A stretch of 64,000 nucleotides of DNA from an uncultured Candidatus Saccharibacteria bacterium (GTDB lineage Bacteria; Patescibacteriota; Minisyncoccia; Phycocordibacterales; Phycocordibacteraceae). Below are positions 39,266-50,339 of the stretch, piece after piece. Numbering within the stretch: the stretch's first letter is position 1; every line of letters begins with the position of its first letter. The position numbers and the translations under genes were made by a program. The stretch lies in contig CAZUBJ010000001.1 of assembly GCA_964618705.1 (NCBI GenBank), positions 2,050-66,049 of the forward strand, written 5' to 3'. Under the pieces are notes generated by a model. The model saw only the letters and a list, made by a program, of their open reading frames with translations, was not told the DNA's origin and searched no databases.

Positions 39266-39928
39266 CTAGTCGTAGGTCGGGGGGTCTTCACCCGGGGCCA
39301 GCACCTTGATGGGCTTGCCCTTCATGCCGGGGAGTTGAATCCCCACCAGGCTGCCGACGATGTCGTCGTGCCGCTTGATCATCTCGGTCACGCAGTTTGC
39401 GTGAGCCGACATGAGGATCATGCCGACCTGCTGGTCCGCCGCCTCGAGGGAGGCGAACATGCCGGTGCCGGTGGTGAGGCCGACGACCTGCTGGAAGGTG
39501 TCCGCGGTCGGTGCCTTGAAGGCCAAGACCGTGCTGAGGACGGAGCCCAGGATTTGGGCACTGCCAGCACGTCCTCCACGCTTCAGGACCGTCAAGCCGA
39601 CTTCATCGACGTACTCGATGATGCCGGTGGCGCAGAAGTTATTGATTTGCGCCAGGGCGAAGTTCTCCTCCATGGTCAGGACGGTGCGCCGATGGAGCAC
39701 GCCCTTGGAGTCGAAGCCGTCGTCGATCAGCACCGTGTAGTTGATGGTGCGGAGCGCCGTGGTGATGGCGGCCTTGGGGTCCGGCAGTTGTTGGGCCGCC
39801 GCTTCACGAACGGAAGCGTCGGGTCCGAGTCCACCGCCGAGGCCTCCAGTGGTGCTGCAGGCAGCGAGCAGGCAGGTGGCGGCGACGAGGGCAAGAGCCT
39901 TCATTCCGCGCGAGATCAAGGTATTCAT
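39266..39928 (-). CDS. Orphan lipoprotein
   Basis: Lipobox LAAC, GGGAG SD, TTGACA-17-TATACT promoter (40004-40032), hairpin at 39201-39234. Confidence 0.7.
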   Translation of the reverse strand: MNTLISRGMKALALVAATCLLAACSTTGGLGGGLGPDASVREAAAQQLPDPKAAITTALRTINYTVLIDDGFDSKGVLHRRTVLTMEENFALAQINNFCATGIIEYVDEVGLTVLKRGGRAGSAQILGSVLSTVLAFKAPTADTFQQVVGLTTGTGMFASLEAADQQVGMILMSAHANCVTEMIKRHDDIVGSLVGIQLPGMKGKPIKVLAPGEDPPTYD

Positions 39929-40091
39929 CGAAGGTCTCCCTGTTGCGATGATTGGTTGATGCCCGTTCCAACGATATTCTGTGTGGAAAGAGCGTACTCC
40001 TATAGTATATACAAGTTAGACACTCTTGTCAAGTTGACTAGACGCCCGAAAATACTTGCTAAATGGGCGGTTCCCGCCTAGTCTCCTATAT

Positions 40092-41327
40092 ATGCGACCC
40101 ATTCGGTTTACGGTTACCGCTCGGGAGGGCAAGGCACGCGCAGGCGTCCTATCTACTCCTCATGGCGACATACGCACCCCGGCCTTTGTGCCGGTCGGTA
40201 CTAAGGCCGGAGTAAAAGGCATTCTCCCTGCCCAGCTTGAGACCCTTGGTTCCCAGGTGGTGCTCGCTAATACCTATCACCTGTATCTGCAGCCAGGTGA
40301 GAAGCTTGTAGAGGATTCCGGAGGGTTGGGGAAGTTCATGGGATTTGCCGGCCCAACGATAACTGATTCAGGAGGCTTCCAAGTGTTCTCGCTTGGTGCT
40401 GGGTTCGGAAAGAGCTTTCAAACGGTGCGAGAGGACGACAAGAACCGTGAAGAAGAAGGCGTTACGCTGTACGACGAGGATGTACAAACCCAACACGGAC
40501 AGCTCGCGATTATTGATGAAGAGGGTGTGACGTTTACGTCGCACATTGATGGTTCACTCCATCGTTTTACGCCAGAGCGCTCGGTAGAGATTCAGCACGC
40601 GCTTGGGGCAGATATCTTCTTTGCATTTGATGAGTGCACTGCGCCAGACGCTCCGTACGAGTATCAAAAGGAAGCAATGTACCGCACACACCGCTGGGCC
40701 GACCGTAGTCTAAAAGCACATCGGCAGAACATCACTGCTAATCAGCAGCAAGGACTCTACGGCATTGGTCAGGGCGGGCAGTTTGCAGACCTGCGTAAGG
40801 AAAGCACCAAAGCAATCGTTGAGATGGGCTTTGATGGGTTTGGACTTGGCGGCTCGTTTAGTAAAAAGTACGGAGAGAGTATGTTGCCGCTCGCACTTGA
40901 GGCATTGGTGGACGTGCCAGAGGACATGCCACGCCACGGGCTTGGGGTGGGAGAGCCTGGCGACTTGCTCCTTGGTATCGCGCACGGCGTGGACACGTTT
41001 GACTGTGTGTCTCCAACGCGCCATGGACGCCACGGAGTGCTCTATACCAAACGAGGCACGCTCAACATCACCAACGAGAAGTACAAGAATGACCTCACGA
41101 CGCTCGGCGAGTTGTGTCTCCCGGGCACCCTTCCATCAGGAAGTGAGCAGTTCACCCTCGCCTACGTGGCGCACCAGTTTAGGAGTGGGGAAATGCTCGG
41201 ACCCATCATTGCCTCACTCCACAATGTGGCCTTCCTTACGCGCCTTGTAGACGGCGCACGCGAGGCAATCGAACAGGGAACGTTCAGCGACTACCAGCAA
41301 AACTTCGCACGCGAGTACTACGGATAA
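40092..41327 (+). CDS. tgt: Queuine tRNA-ribosyltransferase
   Basis: TP.F.PVGT, LANTYHL, TDSGGFQVFSL, D.FDCV.PTR and HN motifs. Confidence 0.95.
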   Translation: MRPIRFTVTAREGKARAGVLSTPHGDIRTPAFVPVGTKAGVKGILPAQLETLGSQVVLANTYHLYLQPGEKLVEDSGGLGKFMGFAGPTITDSGGFQVFSLGAGFGKSFQTVREDDKNREEEGVTLYDEDVQTQHGQLAIIDEEGVTFTSHIDGSLHRFTPERSVEIQHALGADIFFAFDECTAPDAPYEYQKEAMYRTHRWADRSLKAHRQNITANQQQGLYGIGQGGQFADLRKESTKAIVEMGFDGFGLGGSFSKKYGESMLPLALEALVDVPEDMPRHGLGVGEPGDLLLGIAHGVDTFDCVSPTRHGRHGVLYTKRGTLNITNEKYKNDLTTLGELCLPGTLPSGSEQFTLAYVAHQFRSGEMLGPIIASLHNVAFLTRLVDGAREAIEQGTFSDYQQNFAREYYG

Positions 41328-41362
41328 CGAAAGGAGGTGAGTGTGGTATCGTCTTTCTATCT

Positions 41363-43450
41363 ATGGCGAACTTTAAGCTCCATACCCCCTTTCCTCCAGC
41401 TGGTGACCAACCGGTGGCTATTGCCACACTCACCGAAGGATTGAAGGAGGGTATGCGTCACCAGACACTGCTTGGTGTGACCGGCTCAGGAAAGACGTTC
41501 ACTGCAGCAAATGTGATTGCTAACTTTGATAAGCCAACACTTGTGCTGGCACACAACAAGACGCTCGCTGCGCAGCTGGCCCAAGAGTACAAGGAATTCT
41601 TCCCTGAGAACGCCGTGCACTACTTTGTGTCGTACTACGACTACTATCAGCCGGAAGCGTACCTCGCGCATTCCGACACTTATATTGAGAAGGAAGCACA
41701 GATTAACGCGGAGATTGACCGTTTGCGTCATGCTGCTACCCAGGCGCTCCTGACGCGCAAAGACGTCATCATTGTGGCGTCAGTGTCTGCCATTTACGGA
41801 CTCGGCTCTCCTGCACAGTACGAGAAGGTGCACATAAAGCTCGTGAAGGGCGCTCCAGAGAATCGGGCTGCACTCATTCGTAAATTGATTGATATTCATT
41901 TCAACCGAACTCCAGCAGACCTTTCGCCAGGGCAGCTGCGCGCAGTAGGTAACACCGTAGAGCTTATGCCAGTGAACGAGCGTGCCCTCTATCGCATCTC
42001 CTTTGATGGAGAGAACATCGCCTTTATTGAACACCTCGACCCTGTCTCGCGCGCGAAAATTGGTGAGCTGGATTCCTTATTCATATTCCCTGCAAAGCAC
42101 TTTGTGGCTAACGAAGAGGAGCGCCTACGCGCCGTGGACGATATCAAGCAAGAGCTTGAGGAGCGCCTTGCAGAGCTGAAGCGCGAAGAGAAGCCGCTTG
42201 AGTACGAGCGGTTGAAGCGTCGCACCACGCACGACTTGGCCATGATTCGCGAAGTTGGGTACACCAACGGCATTGAGAACTACTCACGCCACTTTGACGG
42301 CCGTGCTCAAGGCGAGGCTCCCGACACACTACTGTCCTATTTCCCACACAAGAAGGACGGGTCCGCAGACTTCCTCACCATCATTGATGAGTCGCACGTT
42401 ACCGTGACCCAGATTGGTGGTATGTACGCGGGTGACCGCTCGCGCAAGGACGCGCTTGTTGAATTCGGCTTCCGCCTACCGAGTGCTCGCGATAACCGCC
42501 CACTTCGATTCGAGGAGTTTGAGGCGCGCGTAGGGCAGACCATCTATACAAGCGCTACGCCAGGTAATTACGAGCGCGAGCACAGCGTTCCGCCGGATGG
42601 GCAAGTGGCGGAGCAAATCATTCGCCCTACAGGCCTCATTGACCCTGAGCTCGTCATTCGACCGATTGTTGGTACCGATACGTATCCTGGGCAGGTGGCG
42701 GACTTTATCGCGGAGTCGGAGAAGACTATCAGTGGTGGCGGGCGTGTGCTTGCTACAACACTCACCAAGCAGATGGCAGAGGACCTCTCTGACTTCCTAA
42801 AGCAAAAGGGTATGAAGGCTGAATACTTGCACAGCGACATTAAGACCATTGAGCGTATCGATATTCTGACCGCTTTCCGCAAGGGCCTGTTTGACGTGCT
42901 GGTTGGTGTGAATCTGCTTCGCGAAGGACTCGACCTGCCAGAGGTGGAACTTGTGGGCATTTTGGATGCAGATAAAGAAGGCTTCCTGCGCTCAGAGACA
43001 TCACTCATTCAGACGATTGGACGCGCTGCGCGCAACGTCCTTGGGCGTGTGATTCTCTACGCAGACGGTATGACTGGTTCTATGGAGCGCGCCATTGGGG
43101 AGACAGAGCGCAGACGCACCAAGCAGCTTGCATACAACAAAAAGCACGGCATTACCCCTATCACGATTAAGAAGGAGATTCGCGACATTGCGGAGAGTAT
43201 GCGCAGCGAGCACCAGAAGACGGTGGATTCGCTCCTCGTACTCGATAGCAAACTATTTGAGGAGGACCCAGAGACGTTCATTGCAGACAAGCGTCTCCAG
43301 ATGGGTGAGGCGGTTGAAGCACTCGACTTTGAGACCGCCGCTATCATTCGCGACGAGATCTATAAGCTTGAGGGCAAGATTGTACCGCCACCTCCGTCAA
43401 AGAATCCGGTACATAAGAAAAAGAAAGGCAATTGGACCGTGATAGAGTAA
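41363..43450 (+). CDS. uvrB: Excinuclease ABC subunit B
   Basis: GVTGSGKT, YYDYYQPEAY, DESH and DADKEGFLRS motifs. Confidence 0.97.
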   Translation: MANFKLHTPFPPAGDQPVAIATLTEGLKEGMRHQTLLGVTGSGKTFTAANVIANFDKPTLVLAHNKTLAAQLAQEYKEFFPENAVHYFVSYYDYYQPEAYLAHSDTYIEKEAQINAEIDRLRHAATQALLTRKDVIIVASVSAIYGLGSPAQYEKVHIKLVKGAPENRAALIRKLIDIHFNRTPADLSPGQLRAVGNTVELMPVNERALYRISFDGENIAFIEHLDPVSRAKIGELDSLFIFPAKHFVANEEERLRAVDDIKQELEERLAELKREEKPLEYERLKRRTTHDLAMIREVGYTNGIENYSRHFDGRAQGEAPDTLLSYFPHKKDGSADFLTIIDESHVTVTQIGGMYAGDRSRKDALVEFGFRLPSARDNRPLRFEEFEARVGQTIYTSATPGNYEREHSVPPDGQVAEQIIRPTGLIDPELVIRPIVGTDTYPGQVADFIAESEKTISGGGRVLATTLTKQMAEDLSDFLKQKGMKAEYLHSDIKTIERIDILTAFRKGLFDVLVGVNLLREGLDLPEVELVGILDADKEGFLRSETSLIQTIGRAARNVLGRVILYADGMTGSMERAIGETERRRTKQLAYNKKHGITPITIKKEIRDIAESMRSEHQKTVDSLLVLDSKLFEEDPETFIADKRLQMGEAVEALDFETAAIIRDEIYKLEGKIVPPPPSKNPVHKKKKGNWTVIE

Positions 43451-43456
43451 AGACAT

Positions 43457-44551
43457 ATGAGTCTTCGGGGCCTGTTCGGCGTCCTTCTGGTAGGTATTCT
43501 GTTAGCTACCTTTGCCGTAGTGCTTCCGTCGTTTCTGTTTCTGCAGAATCAACTCGGGGTGATATTTCCCGCTGAGCTTGTTTCGCAATCAAGTGGTTCG
43601 CTCTACATACTTCTGGCATGGCAGGCAATCATCACTATTGGTGTTCTTGCAGTCCTGCTCCTCGTGTTCTATGTACTGCTTGAACGCTTCATCATTACCC
43701 CGCTGAAGCTTGTAGTAAGTGCCATGGAAGCTTTTGCTGTCTCGGGCGAACGTCTTCCCCTTCCACGTATTAAGAACCTACCGCAGGAACTGCAGACGGT
43801 TACTAAGGCGTTTGATCAAGTTGTTGATAGGGTTGAGATTTCGCACAAGAAGGATGTGGAGGTCTCGCGTGTTAAGTCAGACTTTATATCAACCGCAGCG
43901 CACCAGCTACGAACACCGCTTACTGGTATTCGTTGGGCGCTTGAAGCACTAGAAAAGAGTGACTTGAGCGAGGATCACCAAGCACTTGTCAAAAGCGCCA
44001 AGGACAAAAGTCATGAACTGGTAGCCATTGTCGGCACGCTTCTTGATATCTCTGCTATTGAGTCCGGTAAATACAAGTACACGTTTGAGACAATCGCAAT
44101 CGAGGATATGGCGGAGGAAGTCGTCCGTGACTTTATGCCAATGGCACAGAAAGCCCAAGTCAGTGTGTATGTGGAGCGAAGCACTCAAACTGCACGCGTA
44201 CGAGCAGATAAGGAGCGCATCAAGTGGGTTTTGAATAACTTGATTGAGAATGCTATTCGGTACACACCAGCAGGAGGTACTGTGCGTATATCAAGTAGTG
44301 AGCGGTCGGGTAAGGTGTTTCTACAAGTCCGGGACAGTGGCATCGGTATAGCCCCGGAAGATCGCGACAACATCTTTGAGCGTTTCTACCGAGCCCAGAA
44401 CGCAATTGCTATCCAGAACGGAGGGAATGGGCTTGGTCTCTACATTGCCCGCACCATCGCCACCGACCACGGCGGGGACCTAACATTTGCAGCGAATGAG
44501 GACGGAATAGGGACCACGTTTACGTTGACTGTGCCAATTGCGGAGCGGTAG
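43457..44551 (+). CDS. Sensor histidine kinase (HAMP-HisKA-HATPase)
   Basis: Two TMs with AHQLRTPL, NL..NA, D.G.G and G.GLGL motifs. Confidence 0.93.
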   Translation: MSLRGLFGVLLVGILLATFAVVLPSFLFLQNQLGVIFPAELVSQSSGSLYILLAWQAIITIGVLAVLLLVFYVLLERFIITPLKLVVSAMEAFAVSGERLPLPRIKNLPQELQTVTKAFDQVVDRVEISHKKDVEVSRVKSDFISTAAHQLRTPLTGIRWALEALEKSDLSEDHQALVKSAKDKSHELVAIVGTLLDISAIESGKYKYTFETIAIEDMAEEVVRDFMPMAQKAQVSVYVERSTQTARVRADKERIKWVLNNLIENAIRYTPAGGTVRISSSERSGKVFLQVRDSGIGIAPEDRDNIFERFYRAQNAIAIQNGGNGLGLYIARTIATDHGGDLTFAANEDGIGTTFTLTVPIAER

Positions 44552-44573
44552 GAGGGCGGTATACTTGGTACAT

Positions 44574-44966
44574 ATGACTGATACCAAATTCATTCTCGTG
44601 GTTGAGGATGATCCCATCCTTAAGAACCTGCTAGGGCATACACTTGCTGGTAAGTACCAGACGCTCTATGCGAATGACGGAAACGAGGCTATCGCGCTGT
44701 TTGATCAGTACAAGCCATCAATCGTGTTGCTCGATCTCATGCTGCCAACCATGGACGGGTTCGCAGTGCTTGAAAGTATTCGTAAGCACGAGGGGCCAGA
44801 GAAGAACACCCCCATCATCATTGTGTCTAACCTCGGACAGCAGAAAGACATTGAGCGCGCAAAGGCACTTGGTGCGAACGATTACCTTGTAAAGGCAGAA
44901 GTCGCCATCGAGGAAATCATCGGAAAGATTGAGAACTTGCTTGCACAACAAGCACCTGCTGCATAG
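44574..44966 (+). CDS. Single-domain response regulator
   Basis: VEDD, LLD..LP.MDG and GA.DY..K motifs. Confidence 0.92.
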   Translation: MTDTKFILVVEDDPILKNLLGHTLAGKYQTLYANDGNEAIALFDQYKPSIVLLDLMLPTMDGFAVLESIRKHEGPEKNTPIIIVSNLGQQKDIERAKALGANDYLVKAEVAIEEIIGKIENLLAQQAPAA

Positions 44967-44969
44967 AGC

Positions 44970-45764
44970 ATGTTTGGTGAACAAACTCCCAAGTCGATAT
45001 CGAAGCTACCCACCCAATCTGCAGGGGAGCACACACTTAAGCCCATAGCACTTAAGGAAGCAGACCCAACGCGTTCTTCTCAGCTGCCGCTTACAGGCAA
45101 TATGCAACATACAGTTGACTTTGATGCGAGAGCAAGACCACACACGATAGGCGTGCACGAGTCAGGAGAATATGTTGAATTGCGAAAGGATCCGAAAGTG
45201 CAAATGGCCGTGGCACTACTGGCTAAAGGCATTGTTCCTGTTGCCGACGTGGTGCAACTCCAAGACAAGCCAGAAAAGCATTACTCAAAAGTAATGCCGC
45301 TTGAGCGCATTGGGCAAAAGACAGCAGAGAGCGAACTGCTAGCGTATCTTGAGTTCATGAATCTTGTGTTTGGGGATGCAGACCATAGAAAAAGCCGCGG
45401 GGCACCTCATAACTACGTGTACACGGACGGGAAAGCAGCACTCTACGATTTTGGTGATGTAGATCTGAACATGGAGTTTCGAGGACTATTCCCACCGCGT
45501 CAGGCCGAGCACACTGTGGAATCCTTAGTTCACCTTAAAGAACTTTTGGCACAATTTCAGGCCAGAATTGAGGGAGAGGAGGGCGAGAAATTTATAGAAT
45601 CTGTCCTCGAGCATGCGCGCCTACAACCCTCAGATTTGCTTGGAAGAGAGGGTACGCGTTCCGTTAATGATATTCAGGAGGTGCTTCTGTCGCGCACAAA
45701 TCGGTCTATGCTTATTGCTGAGAACGAGCGACGAGAATTGCTGGCGGCATCGGAAGCCAAGTAG
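44970..45764 (+). CDS. Hypothetical protein with atypical kinase-like motifs
   Basis: GD.DH......HN and YDFG motifs. Confidence 0.55.
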   Translation: MFGEQTPKSISKLPTQSAGEHTLKPIALKEADPTRSSQLPLTGNMQHTVDFDARARPHTIGVHESGEYVELRKDPKVQMAVALLAKGIVPVADVVQLQDKPEKHYSKVMPLERIGQKTAESELLAYLEFMNLVFGDADHRKSRGAPHNYVYTDGKAALYDFGDVDLNMEFRGLFPPRQAEHTVESLVHLKELLAQFQARIEGEEGEKFIESVLEHARLQPSDLLGREGTRSVNDIQEVLLSRTNRSMLIAENERRELLAASEAK

Positions 45765-45824
45765 AGTGGTCTGTGATACAGTGCACTAGTACCAGTCCCG
45801 CCACGGACTGGCCATTTCCATAGT

Positions 45825-48482
45825 ATGGCTACAGCAAAAAGGAAAGAAAGCTCACACGAGCAACATCAAGGCGCTGATTGGATATCAGTGAAGGGTGCTC
45901 GTACCCACAACCTGAAGAATGTCTCGGTAGAGATTCCCCGTGGCGTGATGACCGTGCTCACGGGACTCTCTGGTTCGGGAAAGTCCTCGCTCGCTTTTGA
46001 TACGATTTTTGCCGAGGGACAGCGCCGCTACGTGGAGTCCCTTTCTGCATACGCGCGTCAGTTCTTGAATCAGATGCAGAAGCCAGATGTAGACGAGATT
46101 ACCGGACTCTCTCCTGCAATTTCCATCGACCAGAAGAGTCGCTCCAACAACCCACGCTCAACGGTGGCAACCGTCACCGAGATATATGACTATCTGCGCG
46201 TCTTGTATGCACGTGCAGGTCAGCCGTACTGTATTCACCACGATGTACCCATCTCTCGCCTCTCAAAGGAGGAAATGATTCGTATGGTGTGGGAGCGTGT
46301 GCTCGCAAAGACCACTCAGCCTTCTAAGAAGAAGGGAGAGACAGAGACGGTTATGGGAATTGAGTTTGATAGAACACAGGTTGTTATACATGCGCCGGTA
46401 GTGGTTGGAAGAAAGGGTGAGTACTATCAGCTGCTCTACGACCTCCTCAGTAAAGGATACGAGAAGGTTTTGGTAGACGGGAAGCCGCACTCGCTGCGCG
46501 AGAAGCTCGTACTCGACCGTAACAAGCGTCACGATATTGATGCGGTGGTGGATTCCATCTTCGTTAGCGAGTTCGTGCGTACGCCAGAGCAGGCGCGTGA
46601 GCGCTTGAGCGAGGCGCTAGAGCTTGCACTCAAGGAAAGCGATGGGCTCGTAAAGATTCTCCATGCTGACGGAACATTTGAGACGCTCTCAGCAAAGTTT
46701 ATTTGTCCTGAGGACGGCACGTCGTTCCCTGAGGTGGAGCCACGCCTATTCTCTTTCAACAGTCCGTACGGGGCGTGTGTAGCGTGTAATGGGCTTGGTA
46801 CCAAGTCGCTGTTTTCAGACGAAGTATGTCCGGTATGTGAGGGCAAGCGTCTAAAACCAGAAGCGCTACGCGTGTACATCAAGCAAAAGAAGAGTAAGGA
46901 CCTCGGTATCAACGTGGTTGATTTCACCAACTTCTCTATTAAGGAGGCGAAGGAGTTCATGGACACTATTGAGTTGTCCGAAATGCGCATGGAAATTGCA
47001 GCGCCAATCATTCGTGAAATCACGAGCCGTCTGGAATTCATGCTGAATGTCGGTTTGGATTACCTGACACTCAATCGTTCTGCTGCAACGCTCTCGGGTG
47101 GAGAAGCACAGCGCATCCGCTTGGCTTCTCAGCTTGGTACGGGCCTTGTAGGCGCGCTCTATGTGCTCGACGAGCCTACCATTGGTCTACACCAGCGCGA
47201 CAACGACCGCCTGATTAATACGCTACTGACACTCAAGAAGCTCGGCAACACGATTCTCGTAGTTGAGCACGACGAAGACACCATCTACGCCGCTGACTAC
47301 ATTGTGGACATTGGTCCTGGAGCAGGAACCCACGGAGGTAACGTGGTGGTCTCTGGCTGGCTCGACGAGCTTCTAACTGCGCCAAAGAATGACTCCGGAT
47401 CGAAGACGCTTTCGTACCTGCGTGGAGAGACAGAGATTGAAGTACCTGAGGATCGCCGCACAGGAGAGAAGGGTTCTATCAAGATTAAGGGAGCTACGCT
47501 CCACAACTTGAAGAATCAGAACGTAGATATTCCGCTTGGAAAGCTCGTGTGTATCACCGGCGTGTCTGGCTCGGGCAAGTCTACGTTCCTCTACGACATT
47601 CTGCACAAGAACGTAGCGGCGCGTTTTGCAAAGCGCGAGGCAAAGCTTGAACACGTAGCAAGCATGACGGGTACGGAGTACGTGGGTCGCGTAGTGCTTA
47701 TTGATCAGTCACCGATTGGTCGCACGCCACGCTCAAACCCTGCCACCTACACGGGAGCATTCACGCATATTCGTGACTTGTTTGCAGCAACAAGCGAGGC
47801 TCGTGCACGCGGGTGGAAGCCAGGGCGATTCTCATTCAACGTTGCGGGCGGTCGCTGTGAGACCTGTCAGGGTAACGGCATGATTGCCGTAGAGATGCAT
47901 TTCCTACCAACCGTGTATGTGACCTGTGACGTCTGTAACGGTAAGCGCTTTATGCGTGAGACTCTTGAAGTCACGTTCCGTGGCAAGAATATCCACGACG
48001 TGTTGCAGATGACGGTAGAAGAGGCGGCAACTTTCTTTGAGGATATTCCTGCCATTCACGACCGTTTGGACTCACTAAAGCGGACCGGTCTTGAGTATCT
48101 GACCCTTGGTCAATCAGCTACGACTCTCTCGGGTGGAGAAGCACAGCGTGTGAAGATTGCATCCGAACTCTATCGCCCTATTACTATGAAGACGCTGTAT
48201 CTGCTCGATGAGCCAACGGTGGGTCTTCACTATGAGGATGTGCGCAAGCTGCTCGAGATTCTGCAGGAGCTCGTGCGCCGCAGCAACACGGTGGTGGTTA
48301 TTGAGCACAATCTAGACATCATCAAGTCCGCCGACCATTTGATTGATTTTGGTCCTGAGGGAGGTGTCGGTGGCGGCAAGGTGGTAGCAAAGGGAACACC
48401 TGAGGAAGTCGCGGAGGTAGAGGGCTCACACACCGGCCATTACCTGGCAAAGATGCTGAAGAAGGCGAAGAAGAGAAAGTAA
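45825..48482 (+). CDS. uvrA: Excinuclease ABC subunit A
   Basis: [22 protein letters not shown] twice, Zn fingers. Confidence 0.97.
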   Translation: MATAKRKESSHEQHQGADWISVKGARTHNLKNVSVEIPRGVMTVLTGLSGSGKSSLAFDTIFAEGQRRYVESLSAYARQFLNQMQKPDVDEITGLSPAISIDQKSRSNNPRSTVATVTEIYDYLRVLYARAGQPYCIHHDVPISRLSKEEMIRMVWERVLAKTTQPSKKKGETETVMGIEFDRTQVVIHAPVVVGRKGEYYQLLYDLLSKGYEKVLVDGKPHSLREKLVLDRNKRHDIDAVVDSIFVSEFVRTPEQARERLSEALELALKESDGLVKILHADGTFETLSAKFICPEDGTSFPEVEPRLFSFNSPYGACVACNGLGTKSLFSDEVCPVCEGKRLKPEALRVYIKQKKSKDLGINVVDFTNFSIKEAKEFMDTIELSEMRMEIAAPIIREITSRLEFMLNVGLDYLTLNRSAATLSGGEAQRIRLASQLGTGLVGALYVLDEPTIGLHQRDNDRLINTLLTLKKLGNTILVVEHDEDTIYAADYIVDIGPGAGTHGGNVVVSGWLDELLTAPKNDSGSKTLSYLRGETEIEVPEDRRTGEKGSIKIKGATLHNLKNQNVDIPLGKLVCITGVSGSGKSTFLYDILHKNVAARFAKREAKLEHVASMTGTEYVGRVVLIDQSPIGRTPRSNPATYTGAFTHIRDLFAATSEARARGWKPGRFSFNVAGGRCETCQGNGMIAVEMHFLPTVYVTCDVCNGKRFMRETLEVTFRGKNIHDVLQMTVEEAATFFEDIPAIHDRLDSLKRTGLEYLTLGQSATTLSGGEAQRVKIASELYRPITMKTLYLLDEPTVGLHYEDVRKLLEILQELVRRSNTVVVIEHNLDIIKSADHLIDFGPEGGVGGGKVVAKGTPEEVAEVEGSHTGHYLAKMLKKAKKRK

Positions 48483-48545
48483 ACAAAAACCGCGAGGAGG
48501 AATGAATCCTCTCTCGCGGCCGCCCATTAGGGCTTGTTGATGTTG

Positions 48546-49049
48546 CTAGTCCGCGTTGCGGACAGCGACGATGACCCAGCAGATGAGGGCCAGAATGCCG
48601 CTCACCGACGCCCACCAGAAGAACAGGCCGTTGAAGGGGAAGACGCTGATGCCGTCCGGGGCGGTCAGGCTGTCGCCCGACTCCCCGTTATCGAGCAGGG
48701 TCTCCCGCAGCTTCATCAGCACATTGCTCTTCTCGAGCTGGCTGGCGTCCGGCTTTACGGACTTCAGCTCCTCCAGGGAGGCGCTGACGTTCTCGTACCA
48801 GAAGCCGACGTCGTTCTTGGGGCTGGGCCACAGGGCGCCGGTGTTGCCGGAGGTCATGGAGTTGGACTCCATGTAGGCGACGGCGACTTTCAGGTTCTGC
48901 TCGGCCAGTTCGATGGTGTTCGAGTTGGCGGCACGTTCCAGGTAGTTGCCGCAGCGCAGGTCGAACATGACCTTGCTGTAGGTAGCGCACCCGCCCCAGA
49001 CCAGAAAGACGATCGAGGACAGGATGGCGACGAGAGTCGAAGCACGCAT
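48546..49049 (-). CDS. Orphan 2-TM membrane protein
   Basis: High GC3, TTGACA-17-TATAGT promoter (49111-49139), hairpin at 48490-48520. Confidence 0.7.
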   Translation of the reverse strand: MRASTLVAILSSIVFLVWGGCATYSKVMFDLRCGNYLERAANSNTIELAEQNLKVAVAYMESNSMTSGNTGALWPSPKNDVGFWYENVSASLEELKSVKPDASQLEKSNVLMKLRETLLDNGESGDSLTAPDGISVFPFNGLFFWWASVSGILALICWVIVAVRNAD

Positions 49050-49202
49050 AAGATTTTAACCGGTTTCCCGGCTCCCTCACGAAATCGGTCGGTCCGATTC
49101 CTCTGCACATACTATAGAGTACTTATTGGTATTTGTCAAACATTGCTACCTAGATGGTACAGTTAAGTTTTAGAGAGTCACCCATTTACGAAAGGATGCG
49201 GG

Positions 49203-49487
49203 ATGACCCACGTTGCTCTTGATTGCCTGCAAATTGTCGGCCAGTTCAGCGAAGAGGATATCTTCACCACCGTCAGGAAGCACCTCTCCCAGTTTCCTGA
49301 CTTCCGTCCCGACTTCTCCGATGAAGACTTGTTCGCGTTCGCGTACGCCAAGGGACATGCTGTCTCTATGAATGCGCAGATGACGCGGGCTCGGACGAAC
49401 GGGGACTACGGACGCTGGACGAACGACAAGGTGCTGCCGTGTTATATGGGCAGCTGGTTCAACGAGGCGCGCAGATGCGCCGAGTAA
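49203..49487 (+). CDS. Orphan small protein
   Basis: AAGGA SD, hairpin at 49499-49520. Confidence 0.6.
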   Translation: MTHVALDCLQIVGQFSEEDIFTTVRKHLSQFPDFRPDFSDEDLFAFAYAKGHAVSMNAQMTRARTNGDYGRWTNDKVLPCYMGSWFNEARRCAE

Positions 49488-49628
49488 GACCAGGGCTACG
49501 GGTCCGCTTTTGCGGACCCGGCTCATTTCTTGACCAGGCAAGTCAAAAGGCCCATACTCCCGCCAGTTGAGATCACACCCGTGACCACTGCGTTCTTTGT
49601 GGTTGCCATCAATTGGAAGGAGATAGGT

Positions 49629-50213
49629 ATGTTAGACCGACCCACACGCCCTCCGACAATGAGGGCTCTCGCCAAACAGGCGACCCGCGCCAAGGTTCTC
49701 GCCGCCGCCCGCGAGACGATCACCAATTGCGGGTACGAGGATACGACTATTCGCGACATCGCGAAGCTGGCCGGCATGTCGACCGGCGCCGTGTTCTCCA
49801 GTTTCGACAGCAAGGAAGAGCTGTTGATCGCCGTGCTTGAAGCGGAGCACGAGGAAGAAAAAGCGTTCATGAAGGACGTTGCGTTTTCCAACAACGACCC
49901 GGTGCAACGCATCGGGTCCATGCTCGCGGCCAACTACAGCTTCTGGCAGCAAAAGCTGAATCTGCTCAGCTGCAGGCTCAGTCTCGCGAGGAGCAATGAT
50001 GCCTTCGGAGAGTTCACCGACAAGGTCGACTGCGCTCTCACCAACGCCATTTGCGCCGTTCTTCTGGAGCACGGCGTCGTGGAGGCGGAACTGAAGGCTC
50101 AGGTGCTGCTGGCCGTGCACCTGCGCAACCTGCAGGTCCAAACCGGCTTCCCTTGGCACGTTGATCCGAAGATGCCCATCGGCCAGTCCGTAAACCTCGT
50201 TCTCCAGTCGTAG
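49629..50213 (+). CDS. TetR/AcrR family regulator
   Basis: T...I.DIA..AG.S.G.....F.SKEELL motif, GAAGGAG SD, TTGACC-17-CATACT promoter. Confidence 0.88.
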   Translation: MLDRPTRPPTMRALAKQATRAKVLAAARETITNCGYEDTTIRDIAKLAGMSTGAVFSSFDSKEELLIAVLEAEHEEEKAFMKDVAFSNNDPVQRIGSMLAANYSFWQQKLNLLSCRLSLARSNDAFGEFTDKVDCALTNAICAVLLEHGVVEAELKAQVLLAVHLRNLQVQTGFPWHVDPKMPIGQSVNLVLQS

Positions 50214-50339
50214 GTGACCGGCTTGAGACAATGGAGGAAACCCCGCGCTAGCGAGAGCTAGCGCGGGGAATTCATTTACAAACAGCTGTGAATAGAACGA
50301 CTTCCGGGTCCGCACAGAGTGCGGACCCGGTTAGATTGC

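Noticed and set aside
39209-40081. 290-aa plus-strand ORF
   Set aside because: Antisense shadow of the GC3-rich lipoprotein gene, which has the promoter, SD and lipobox.
48534-49166. 210-aa plus-strand ORF
   Set aside because: Shadow of 48546-49049(-), which has the promoter and TM pattern.
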